Shown here: one piece after another, positions 7,436-16,717 of the stretch
Layout: every line of letters begins with the position of its first letter
How positions within the stretch are numbered: the stretch's first letter is position 1
Virus record (IMG/VR): IMGVR_UViG_3300017780_000967
Span: 1-31,135 of that record
Length of the DNA: 31,135 bases
Source of the DNA: a virus
Taxonomy: Duplodnaviria; Caudoviricetes
Direction: 5' to 3' (one strand)
Translations under genes and position numbers: made by a program
Notes under the pieces: generated by a model
What the model was told of the DNA's origin: nothing
Database searches by the model: none
What the model saw: only the letters and a program-made list of their open reading frames with translations

Positions 7436-7948
7436 ATGACTACAATCGTTGGCGTTGAAACCAAGAATGGTTTTATTATAGCCGCGGATAGTCAGACCAC
7501 TGAAGGCGAAAGAGCATACATAAGTAGAGATGTTCCAAAGATTGTTAAAGTTGGCGATTACGTAATATGTGGTGCAGGTACTAGTCGTTACTGTGATATA
7601 ATAACATACGGCTGGGAGCCACCAGCATACGATGGCACTAACTTATACAAGTTTATGGTATGTAAGTTTATACCATCAATGCGCAAAGCGCATGAAGAAA
7701 CAGGATACACCTTAAAAGAAGACGAAGGTGCAGTATTCCTAGTTGGTTTAGAAAATAAACTATTTTATATTTGTGAAGACTATTCGGTTCTTAGAAGTGA
7801 CAGTAAAATGTATTCTATTGGAACTGGTGGTAATTGGGCACTTGGCGCATTATTTGCTGGTGCTACCATAGAAGAAGCAATGAAGATTGCAATTAAACTT
7901 GATATTAACTCTGGGGGAAAAATCCAGATAATCAGACGAGGAGAATAA
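7436..7948 (+). CDS. Proteasome beta-subunit/HslV-like Ntn hydrolase
   Basis: After Met removal: Thr1 (TTIVG), Asp17 (AADS), Lys34 (PKI), CGAG, SIGTGG (GSG-equivalent) and DINSGG, all canonical T1 peptidase motifs. Confidence 0.9.
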   Translation: MTTIVGVETKNGFIIAADSQTTEGERAYISRDVPKIVKVGDYVICGAGTSRYCDIITYGWEPPAYDGTNLYKFMVCKFIPSMRKAHEETGYTLKEDEGAVFLVGLENKLFYICEDYSVLRSDSKMYSIGTGGNWALGALFAGATIEEAMKIAIKLDINSGGKIQIIRRGE

Positions 7949-7949
7949 C

Positions 7950-8378
7950 ATGGCAAGTGGAGGCTACCGCCCACAGCGAGTGAACACCGAAGCCGTGGCA
8001 GTTTCTGGTCCTGGAAAACTTTCTCAGCGTACCGATATGGTTCCAAGTGGTGGAACGTATGGTAGTCGTAAGGCAACAGAAGAAATAATGTCTGGTGCTC
8101 CAATGCCATCAGGAACTAAATCTTCTGGTCCCACACCTCAGGTTTCAACACCTACTCCTGTTACTGGTCTATTTGAACCATCACAGATGCCGGGTACTCC
8201 TGTAACCAATGGTTATCCATTTGGTCCTGGTGATACACCTGAACCACAGATTCCTGAAAAGTATGCAATGCTTCGTTCTTACTCAGATAGACTCGATACA
8301 ATGGCAGCGCAAGCAGATGCTCCTGAAGCATTTCGTCGTTTCTGGGACTACACGAAGACCCTTGCGAAAGGCTCTTAA
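7950..8378 (+). CDS. Pro/Gly-rich hypothetical virion protein (142 aa)
   Basis: SD GAGGAG; lies in the structural operon. Confidence 0.75.
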   Translation: MASGGYRPQRVNTEAVAVSGPGKLSQRTDMVPSGGTYGSRKATEEIMSGAPMPSGTKSSGPTPQVSTPTPVTGLFEPSQMPGTPVTNGYPFGPGDTPEPQIPEKYAMLRSYSDRLDTMAAQADAPEAFRRFWDYTKTLAKGS

Positions 8379-8545
8379 TGCTTTTAGCAAAACACATAGC
8401 AGCATTTACCAATGTATTTGGTGAGCAAAATGCTGAAGTTATATTACCTTTTGCCTCAATTGATTGGCAGTCGGAAGATGACCGTAATCAATTTCTAAAT
8501 GAACTTATTGATTTAAATGATGGTCAAAGAATTGGAGAGAGATAA
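8378..8545 (+). CDS. 55-aa hypothetical protein missed by the track
   Basis: MLLAKHIAAFTNVFGEQNAEVILPFASIDWQSEDDRNQFLNELIDLNDGQRIGER*; TAATG overlaps at both ends. Confidence 0.8.
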   Translation: MLLAKHIAAFTNVFGEQNAEVILPFASIDWQSEDDRNQFLNELIDLNDGQRIGER

Positions 8546-11500
8546 TGTCTTTTTCTAATCCAGTAACTAATTTTATTGACAACCCAAATAATAAGTTTGA
8601 ACAAGCCAAGGGACAACTTGGTGACAAATTTATAGAAGCAGCACAGTCCGAAAGAGGTATGAGTGTTTTAGAAGCATCTCAGCCAACACTTGGGGTTCTA
8701 GAAAAGTTATCAAGGGGCTACCGTAACGTAGTTGCTCCAGGTCTTTCTGCTATTTTACTTATGGGAAATACGGAATATCGTAGACAGAATCCTGACGAAA
8801 GTATTCATGATCTTTATTTTGGTGCTCGTAAAGATGCTATGGCTAGTGTGTCAGATAACCCAGCAGAAGAATGGCGACGTGCTATTTCTCCTGGTCGTGT
8901 GTTAGTTGCTAATATTGGTCAACTTGCTGGCGGATTTAGAAACAAAAAATTTGGTACTGAAAAAATTGATTGGTCTAATGCTAAAGAAGTAGATTCTTAT
9001 TTTAGTTCTGGCTCAGCACAGTTCTTTTCAGGTATTGCAGACCTTGGATTTAACTTTCTTGATCCTGTTATATTTGGTTCAAAACTAGGTAAAGTTGCTC
9101 TTGTAAATAATCTTGTTAGAAACAATAAGAGCACATCTTCCCTAGCAAAAGTTGCTGAAGATATAGCAGATGCTCGCGCCGGAAAAGAAAATGGTTTAAC
9201 TGAAGTTTTTAAACATGTTGAAGAAAACATGGATAACTTAGGATTAGTTGTTGGCGGAAGTAAATTTATTTCTAGATCAAACAACCCGGATCGTTTAGGT
9301 CAAGCATTAATTGACGCTAACCTTGTTGGCGGACGTGCGCTAATGGCAGATGTAGTTGAACTTACAGTTAGTCCTAGTGATAAACTTAGACAAAAATTTA
9401 TTGAATCTTACCCAGCAATATCTGCACAAATTGATGCGTTCCAAGGACGTAGTGCAGCAATGGAGCGTTCCATAAAAAGCCTTGGGGAAAAAATTTTTAT
9501 TAAGCCTGAAATGACAAATGCTGAAATTAAAGCAGCAAATGAGGCAAATGAAAAAATTATTAAAAAGAAGTCACAACTAGACGAAACAAAAAAACAAGAA
9601 GAATTATTAAAGGCTAAAGCAAATCTTGGTTTAGAAGAAACAATAAATGAACTTGGTACAGTTGGACCATTGTGGGCAAAGTCTGCTACCATTGAGCGTA
9701 TTAGTCGAGAGACACAGACAAAGGCTTACAAGGGAATATATATTTACGCCGACCCGGTAACACAGGGAAACATAGTGCGACAAGTTGCTGACTCAACTGG
9801 TACATCTGCCCCATTTGTTCGTGCAGTTATGTGGTTAAGTCCAAATAGTATTTTAAAAGAACTTCCATCTGGATTTGCTTGGACCGGTGGCACTGCTTCT
9901 ACGCGATCAGCAAATGAAGTTGTTTCCAGAATTCGTCGTGCAGGAAAACTTGGAAAGTTAAGTGTAGCAGAGCAGATGTCTCTGGATTCACAGTACCGTG
10001 GACTAACTAGCAAAAATGAACGTTTTCAATTTCTTGAAGACCTAGAAGCACGCTCACTAGAATCAGTTATTTTAAAGCACGCTGGGCGACCTATTGATGA
10101 ACTTCCACTAGAACAACGTGAACTAGTTATCTACTTTGCACAAAGAATAGTTAATGATACAAAGCGCGCTAAACTTGGTAACATAAAATCAGTAATTGAA
10201 AAGAACTACACAGTTACCGATGCAAGTGGAAATCCAAATGCCGTTCATTATTTAAGTGCCATAGTTGATCAAATGGCAATTGACCATGCTAAAGAAATGC
10301 GTAATAGTACTAAGGTAATTCCTGCGGATCGTAAGGCAGCAGAAGAAACTTTAAAACAAACCGCTATAAGTCAAACACAAATTCCAAACATGCACATGGC
10401 AGTTGACGTAAAGATGTTTGATAAAATTCTTTCTGAAAATGTTGGTGCAATCAGATATGCTTTAGAAGCAATTATTGATCACGGTGCAACTAAAAAAGAT
10501 TTAACCGAAATTCTTGATGCTGCTAGAAGTAGTGCACTAGAACCAGGTAGTGGATTAACAACAAGTATAATTAACACTAAGAGTGTTGTTAAACCAATAT
10601 ATCATACATCAGTAGATACGCTAAGTGCTTACTATGCCTACGTATGGAAACCAGTTACTCTTATGAGTTTAAAGTACACCTTCCGTAACGTAATTGAAGG
10701 TGAACTACGTACAATAGTTTCCATGGCTGACATGAATACTAACTATGGATATGCATGGTCAACAATGCTTCAAGGACAGTTTTCTGGTATTACACAGGCT
10801 CCTAGAAACATTGCATCAAATACCAAGGTGAGAGCACGTGCTAGATTAAATGCAAGAGCCCTTAGCGAAAAAAATCTTGAACTTAGCAATCAACAAGAAT
10901 TGATTGAAAGAAGTCTTAGTGGTTCAAAAACTGCTCGAAAGTATGCAGAAGAAGTGCGAACCAAGGGCATGAGTATTGCAGATCAACAACAGTGGCACGC
11001 CACCGATGGTGTGCATTTACCTTTAATTATTTTATCAAATTATTTTGATTTTGCTAAATCTTTTTCAAACTCTGCTGATCCTGCTGCAGAAAGACTTGTT
11101 AGGTTTATTGAAAATACAATACGTCCAATTATATTTGATCCAAAAGATTTAAAAACTAAAACAACTGCAGATTTTTGGGATAATTTAACTTCTATAAATT
11201 TTGAAAATGCCTTAAGAGGATTAGATCGTGCAAACACTCAAGAAATTTTAACTAGTCTTGAAAAATACACAGACAACATTAAGGCTGCTAGAAAATCTCT
11301 TTTAATGCAGGCGGAGTCTACATCTCCAACTATTAAGGCTCTGGTTACAGGAATTGATAGTGGTCTTCAAAGATTGGGTATTCATAGCGATCTACTTAAA
11401 GTTGCAATCGTTAAAAAAAATGAACTAATGGTTGAGATATTACCAATGACCGCAAAGAGTTCCGCTAAATCAGAACTTAAAATGGGAAAGTCTGGTAGAC

Positions 11501-14082
11501 TGCAACTGTTTGGATCAGTAAGTATTGATGCCTCTCTTGGTGGTCAGGCTGGAGAAATGCTACGCCTATCAACAAGTGCTAGTTCTTCTGGTGGTACAGG
11601 CTCTCTAATGATGGAAAATAAATTAACCATGCATGGTGCTACTGATGCTGGTCAAATACTAAAGCCAATAGAACCAACAGATGCAAATTACATTGCTGCA
11701 CACGTAGAGTATGTAAATAATGTTATTGCAAAAGACCCGGTATACAGAGTTATTCTAGAGGGAAAAAGAGATGGATTAACTCCGAATCAAATTCTTGATA
11801 ACGTTAAATCATTCTTAAAAACAAACACCCCAGAGGCTACTGGCTGGTTAAAAGAAATGAAGGGTACAGAATTCTTTCATCTTCAACGACAGGGCAAGTA
11901 CGATCTAAACGAACACCTACATACAATGATGGCGCAAGTAGAACTATATCTACCTAGTTATGATCTCACTACTAATAAAAATTTTCAAGCATCTTATGCA
12001 AAAGTACTTGATGGTAAGTACACCCCAGAGTTATCGGCTGATATTCCCTACTCTGAACGCCATACAGTAGTTGGAAGAATTAAAAAATCAAGCCTAGACC
12101 CAGCAAACATATATAAAAATGTTATAGGTGGAATTTTTAATTTTATTGGTAACCTTCCGGAAACTCATTTAATTCGCCATCCTTTCTATAGTTTAGTTCA
12201 TGATTCCGAGGCTAAACGCCTAACTACTGTAATTATTAATAATGCTAAAAAAGATAAACCAAATATTACAGATAGAGAACTTGAAGTAATTATTGCAAGA
12301 CAAGCAGGTTACATTAAAACTAATGCTACTAATAGAGCGTACAAAGAATTAATGGAACGCTTGTATAGTGTTGAGCGTTATACCGATACCGCAAGTTTCT
12401 TGAAGTTTATTACTCCCTTTTACATGGCTGCTCAAAACTCAACTCGTTTCTGGTTAGGTGTTAGTTTAAAAGAACCATCAACTGCTTATCAACTTGCAAG
12501 GGCTTACAACGCACCATACCGAGCAGGTTATGTATATGACGAAGATGGAAATGTAGTTGGCAGTGGAAATCCTTGGTCAACTAGCAGTGCTAAAGAGCAA
12601 GTAGTACTTAAGGCTCCTTCGTTTATACGAAACTACACCAAGCAACCAAATATAAAATTTAATCCAGTATCATTTGACGTTATATCACAAGGTCAACTTG
12701 GTATGATACCAACCGCAGGTGGTCCTATTGGTCAAACAGCAGGAACGCTTGGAGTTAAGTTCTTTGCTAAAAATACTAATATTGATCCATGGATGCGTAA
12801 AAATTTTGGTATAACATTTGATCTGTTTTCACAAAAGTATGTTATGCCATACTACGAAAAGACTGCTGGTGCAAATACAAGAGAAACTTTATTAAAGAAT
12901 CTTGACCCGTCAAATAGTTGGATGACTTCTGCTCAAGCAGTTGTCGGAGCAAAGACTGGTATGTACTTTTCTCAGTCCGCTGAAGACAGGTGGGCTACAC
13001 GCTGGAATTCTTCACGTGACTACGTTAGTACGCAAATGCTTCTTGAAGGTCAGGCGTTGGACAATACTTTAATTGATCAACTCTCTACTGAACTAACTTA
13101 CAAGTCATTAATTTTTGAAACAGTTGCGGCTCTCGGTCCTAACATCGCACCTATGAAAGTAAGTAACCAATCGGTAGATGAACTTCGCATAACCATTGCT
13201 AACTATCAAAGTCAGTTTGGTTATTCAGACGGCTCTGTCCGTGCTGCAGCAGCGATTAATCAAATTTATGATATCAATTCTGGTGTTTCTGTTATACGTA
13301 ATCTACAGGCTAAGAACTCAACCAATAAACTTGGTTTAATTGGCAGTAATGCTACACTTCGTAACCTTGAGCCAAACTTAAATTTAGTTAATAAGGCAGA
13401 TGCAATATATCCTGATAACCCATTTATTGGTGAACTATTCAATCAAAGTGATGACAAAGATTTCTATAGCCAAATATCTGATGATATTCTATACGGCATA
13501 AAAGTTAATGGTGAGCCACTAAAGGCTAGGTCAAATAACCCTGCAAAGATAGAGCGTCAACGTCAGTACAATGCGGCTAATGCTCTTTACTATGATAATG
13601 TTGCGTACATCGAAGAACATGCCAAGAAAAACAACGTTGTTTCAGGAACTGATGCCTATAGGGAATACTATGGTGTATGGAAAACTAATCTTGAAGTTAG
13701 TGTTGGTGAACTATTTCCTCTATGGGCTGAACGCGAAAGTAAGATTACACTTGCTAAGAGCGATCAGACAATTAAGATTGCTCAGATTTTTCTTGAAGAT
13801 GAAAAATTCATGAAGACTGTAGGAAAAAATAATAAGGCTATTCAAGGTCTTGCCGTATACTTAAAAGAACGTCAAGTAATTATTGAACAATTAAACATTA
13901 ATCGTCAGCGTACCGGAACTGTTGGTCTTGATACTAAGGCTAACCGTTACTACCTTGAATGGCGCGATGCGATGGGTCAGGCTGTTCTAAAAGACTACCC
14001 AGAGTTTAAAGATATGTACAATAGATATTTAGCAGATGATGAACTTAACATTGTTGAGTCACCGAGTTTAGGTAAGGGTTAG
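8545..14082 (+). CDS. Very large putative internal virion/DNA ejection protein (1845 aa)
   Basis: Size, mostly helical character and position in a podovirus-like structural operon; no recognisable catalytic motif. Confidence 0.65.
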   Translation: MSFSNPVTNFIDNPNNKFEQAKGQLGDKFIEAAQSERGMSVLEASQPTLGVLEKLSRGYRNVVAPGLSAILLMGNTEYRRQNPDESIHDLYFGARKDAMASVSDNPAEEWRRAISPGRVLVANIGQLAGGFRNKKFGTEKIDWSNAKEVDSYFSSGSAQFFSGIADLGFNFLDPVIFGSKLGKVALVNNLVRNNKSTSSLAKVAEDIADARAGKENGLTEVFKHVEENMDNLGLVVGGSKFISRSNNPDRLGQALIDANLVGGRALMADVVELTVSPSDKLRQKFIESYPAISAQIDAFQGRSAAMERSIKSLGEKIFIKPEMTNAEIKAANEANEKIIKKKSQLDETKKQEELLKAKANLGLEETINELGTVGPLWAKSATIERISRETQTKAYKGIYIYADPVTQGNIVRQVADSTGTSAPFVRAVMWLSPNSILKELPSGFAWTGGTASTRSANEVVSRIRRAGKLGKLSVAEQMSLDSQYRGLTSKNERFQFLEDLEARSLESVILKHAGRPIDELPLEQRELVIYFAQRIVNDTKRAKLGNIKSVIEKNYTVTDASGNPNAVHYLSAIVDQMAIDHAKEMRNSTKVIPADRKAAEETLKQTAISQTQIPNMHMAVDVKMFDKILSENVGAIRYALEAIIDHGATKKDLTEILDAARSSALEPGSGLTTSIINTKSVVKPIYHTSVDTLSAYYAYVWKPVTLMSLKYTFRNVIEGELRTIVSMADMNTNYGYAWSTMLQGQFSGITQAPRNIASNTKVRARARLNARALSEKNLELSNQQELIERSLSGSKTARKYAEEVRTKGMSIADQQQWHATDGVHLPLIILSNYFDFAKSFSNSADPAAERLVRFIENTIRPIIFDPKDLKTKTTADFWDNLTSINFENALRGLDRANTQEILTSLEKYTDNIKAARKSLLMQAESTSPTIKALVTGIDSGLQRLGIHSDLLKVAIVKKNELMVEILPMTAKSSAKSELKMGKSGRLQLFGSVSIDASLGGQAGEMLRLSTSASSSGGTGSLMMENKLTMHGATDAGQILKPIEPTDANYIAAHVEYVNNVIAKDPVYRVILEGKRDGLTPNQILDNVKSFLKTNTPEATGWLKEMKGTEFFHLQRQGKYDLNEHLHTMMAQVELYLPSYDLTTNKNFQASYAKVLDGKYTPELSADIPYSERHTVVGRIKKSSLDPANIYKNVIGGIFNFIGNLPETHLIRHPFYSLVHDSEAKRLTTVIINNAKKDKPNITDRELEVIIARQAGYIKTNATNRAYKELMERLYSVERYTDTASFLKFITPFYMAAQNSTRFWLGVSLKEPSTAYQLARAYNAPYRAGYVYDEDGNVVGSGNPWSTSSAKEQVVLKAPSFIRNYTKQPNIKFNPVSFDVISQGQLGMIPTAGGPIGQTAGTLGVKFFAKNTNIDPWMRKNFGITFDLFSQKYVMPYYEKTAGANTRETLLKNLDPSNSWMTSAQAVVGAKTGMYFSQSAEDRWATRWNSSRDYVSTQMLLEGQALDNTLIDQLSTELTYKSLIFETVAALGPNIAPMKVSNQSVDELRITIANYQSQFGYSDGSVRAAAAINQIYDINSGVSVIRNLQAKNSTNKLGLIGSNATLRNLEPNLNLVNKADAIYPDNPFIGELFNQSDDKDFYSQISDDILYGIKVNGEPLKARSNNPAKIERQRQYNAANALYYDNVAYIEEHAKKNNVVSGTDAYREYYGVWKTNLEVSVGELFPLWAERESKITLAKSDQTIKIAQIFLEDEKFMKTVGKNNKAIQGLAVYLKERQVIIEQLNINRQRTGTVGLDTKANRYYLEWRDAMGQAVLKDYPEFKDMYNRYLADDELNIVESPSLGKG

Positions 14083-14083
14083 A

Positions 14084-15016
14084 ATGACAGCAGATTTAAA
14101 TATTGGTCAGGCTTTAGAAACACAACCTACCGGTCCCAACCTAGGTGGAGCAATTCCAGGAACTAAGGTAACATCTACCAGTTCTTCTAGTTCACGAAGC
14201 AAGTCAGAGTCATTCTCATTTACTCCTAGAGAATCTGCTTACTCACAACTAGATCAAATAATGTTTAATCTATTTGGTCGTCGTGCTAATGCTACCGAAA
14301 AGGCTAACTACTACAAGCAACTTAGTGCTGCTGAGAAAAGATATAGCACTAAGGGTGGTGGCCGTGGTAGTAGCGGTAGTTCATCTCTTAGCACTGTAGA
14401 TGCTTCAGGTAATACCACGTACAATGATATTGGTGGAAGTTCGAGCGAGAGCACCAGCACTGATATGGCTTTCGATAAGCAGTCATTCTTATTTGAGTAC
14501 TCAATTGGCTTAGCACAGAACTACATAAAAGAAGGTCAAGTACTAGGTGGTCAGGCTGGTAAAGATTATCAGGACCTACAAGACTACTCACGAAACATGG
14601 GTCTTACCTACAGTCAAGGTTCCTTGCTTAACAAAACAATTAACTCAGTGGTAATGGGTAAAGATGTTATTGCTATGAAGCAAGAGATGCGTGACTATGC
14701 TGCCAACCTGTACCCTTCGTTCTCAGACTTCTTAAAGACAAACAAGGATAAAACTATCCGTGATGCTGTAGATCAGTACGTTGAAGTTGCTGCACAAATG
14801 CTCGATATCCCATCTACCAAGATTGATTTAAATGATAAGGCTATGCAGAAGTTGTTAAATGCACAGACAAAAGATGGTCAGCCATATTTAAAAAACAAGG
14901 TAGAATTCATGAATGATCTTCGTGATGACTCGCGCTTCCAGTACGGAAGTTACGCACGTACAGAAGCAAGAGAACTTGCTAATGGTCTTGCTAAAGCAAT
15001 GGGATTTGGTGTATAA
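14084..15016 (+). CDS. Putative internal virion protein (310 aa) with Ser/Gly-rich segments
   Basis: Continuous ORF coupled to its neighbours; function inferred from position. Confidence 0.6.
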   Translation: MTADLNIGQALETQPTGPNLGGAIPGTKVTSTSSSSSRSKSESFSFTPRESAYSQLDQIMFNLFGRRANATEKANYYKQLSAAEKRYSTKGGGRGSSGSSSLSTVDASGNTTYNDIGGSSSESTSTDMAFDKQSFLFEYSIGLAQNYIKEGQVLGGQAGKDYQDLQDYSRNMGLTYSQGSLLNKTINSVVMGKDVIAMKQEMRDYAANLYPSFSDFLKTNKDKTIRDAVDQYVEVAAQMLDIPSTKIDLNDKAMQKLLNAQTKDGQPYLKNKVEFMNDLRDDSRFQYGSYARTEARELANGLAKAMGFGV

Positions 15017-16062
15017 TGGCTAGTGAGTATGCACAAAGTTTAAATACTGGTATGGGTAATACTAAAACTCCTACAGTAGTGAATAAAGATAAAAAGAAGG
15101 AGCAGCCACCTGTTACAGATGTGCTTCCTAATCCTGCTCCAGTTGTAGATGATAGTTATGTTCCTAGAGCAACTATCTCTAGTGACACTCCTAATCCAGA
15201 TGTGATGCCAGCGTACGAAGTATTTAGAGCGTCCTTTGCTAACTTATTTGCTAATGTTAATAACGAAGATTCTTGGATGCGACAAATGTACGCTGTTGCA
15301 CAAAACCTTTACAAAACTGGTTTCACTACAGTAGACCTACCGGATCAGTTGCTTAATGACACCAGTGAGGCTACCCGTCTTTACCGTGAGCGGTTTGCTG
15401 GTATAACTGAACTTAAGCGTCGTCAGGCTGCTGGAGAAAATATATCATACATTCCTAGTGTTGCACAGTATGCTGAGATGTCAAAGCAAATGAAGCAGGA
15501 CTTAACTGGTTTAGGTCTTAACTCTATTGCAACTGATTCTGCTATTGGAAAAATTATTGGTGGAGATGTTGACTATACAGAATTTACCAAGAGAATAGAT
15601 ACTGCGTTCAAGGCTATTGATACAGCAGACCAATATCTTAAGGCTGAACTCGCAACAAACTATGGCAACCTAAGCCGTGAAGACCTAGCAATTGGTTTGC
15701 TTGGTGGTAGAGAAGGTTCCGATGCCCTTAAAAAGAAGATTGAAATTGCTGGTGTTCGTGCTGGTGCCGCAGAATTTGGTTTGAGAACTCAGATGGATGC
15801 TGGAGAACTTTCCAGAATGGGTGTTGATCGTGCAACTGCACGTCAAGGATACCAAAAAACTAGCAAAGAACTTTCTGGAATTACCCAGGCTGCAAGCATG
15901 TTTGGTCAGAAAGATGTTAACCTTCAGGCTGAACTTGAACAAGAAAATGTTCTTGGTAAGCAATCATCTTCAGTTAAGTCATTAAGATCACAAGCGCGTT
16001 CTCAGTTCCAAGGAAGTTCTGGTATTACACAGGGCTCCTTAAAACGTAAGAAACAAATATAA
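15016..16062 (+). CDS. Putative internal virion protein (348 aa)
   Basis: TAATG overlap; helical Ala/Gln-rich C-terminal half; function inferred from position. Confidence 0.6.
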   Translation: MASEYAQSLNTGMGNTKTPTVVNKDKKKEQPPVTDVLPNPAPVVDDSYVPRATISSDTPNPDVMPAYEVFRASFANLFANVNNEDSWMRQMYAVAQNLYKTGFTTVDLPDQLLNDTSEATRLYRERFAGITELKRRQAAGENISYIPSVAQYAEMSKQMKQDLTGLGLNSIATDSAIGKIIGGDVDYTEFTKRIDTAFKAIDTADQYLKAELATNYGNLSREDLAIGLLGGREGSDALKKKIEIAGVRAGAAEFGLRTQMDAGELSRMGVDRATARQGYQKTSKELSGITQAASMFGQKDVNLQAELEQENVLGKQSSSVKSLRSQARSQFQGSSGITQGSLKRKKQI

Positions 16063-16065
16063 ACT

Positions 16066-16176
16066 CACACTAGATTTACCGCCCCTAGTGATGTAAAAGA
16101 GCGGTAGTAGAAACCAATCCATGATCCCCGAGATGGAAGTGTGATCTACGTTCAAACAAATGAAAAAAGGGAGAGG
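16066..16176 (+). ncRNA. Candidate structured cis-regulatory RNA (H-type pseudoknot plus stem-loop) in the scaffold leader
   Basis: P1 cactag(16068-73)/ctagtg(16085-90); loop taccgc(16077-82) pairs with gcggta(16101-06); gtaga(16107-11)/tctac(16145-49) encloses tccat/atgga with loop gatccccgag. Confidence 0.55.
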
Positions 16177-16181
16177 TTGCT

Positions 16182-16682
16182 ATGAGCAACGATCAAGACT
16201 GGTACGATGAAATTGAAGACGATTCAGAGGAAATGTTTGAGGACTACTCAGACAAACCTAAGCGACGTGCTAATGGCGACGATGTTGTCACTAAGTTACG
16301 GCGTTCAGATCGCTCCAAAGAAAAGCGTATCAAAGAATTAGAATCAGAGTTAACGTCACTACGTAAGACACAACGTGATTCTACCGTCAAGTCAGTCTTG
16401 GAATCTAAAGGCATCAGCCCAAAGATTTCAGCATTCATTCCACAAGACATAGATGTTTCCAGTTCGGAATTTGATTCTTGGTTGGATGAGTATGCTGACG
16501 TATTTGGTGTTTCAACAGAAACTGGTTCAAGAGTCAACGAAAATGATTTGGCTGCTTTGAGACAGATTGATGCTGTTACTGCTGGTGCTTCATCGCCTGA
16601 TCGTAATGAGGATATGTATCTTCGTTTGAATCAAGCGGAAAGCGCCGAAGAAATTCTAAACATGATTTACGGCGCAGAATAG
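16182..16682 (+). CDS. Capsid scaffolding protein
   Basis: Acidic N-terminus, coiled coil (KEKRIKELESELTSLRK), directly upstream of the major capsid gene; SD GGGAGAGG. Confidence 0.8.
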   Translation: MSNDQDWYDEIEDDSEEMFEDYSDKPKRRANGDDVVTKLRRSDRSKEKRIKELESELTSLRKTQRDSTVKSVLESKGISPKISAFIPQDIDVSSSEFDSWLDEYADVFGVSTETGSRVNENDLAALRQIDAVTAGASSPDRNEDMYLRLNQAESAEEILNMIYGAE

Positions 16683-16717
16683 TTCGTAAATCAACCCTAA
16701 CCCCCTAAGGAAATCCC

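Noticed and set aside
8545-14082. 1845-aa protein as a virion RNA polymerase or tape measure protein
   Set aside because: I saw no DxDGD or T7-type polymerase motifs, no tape-measure periodicity, and no tail tube or chaperone genes.
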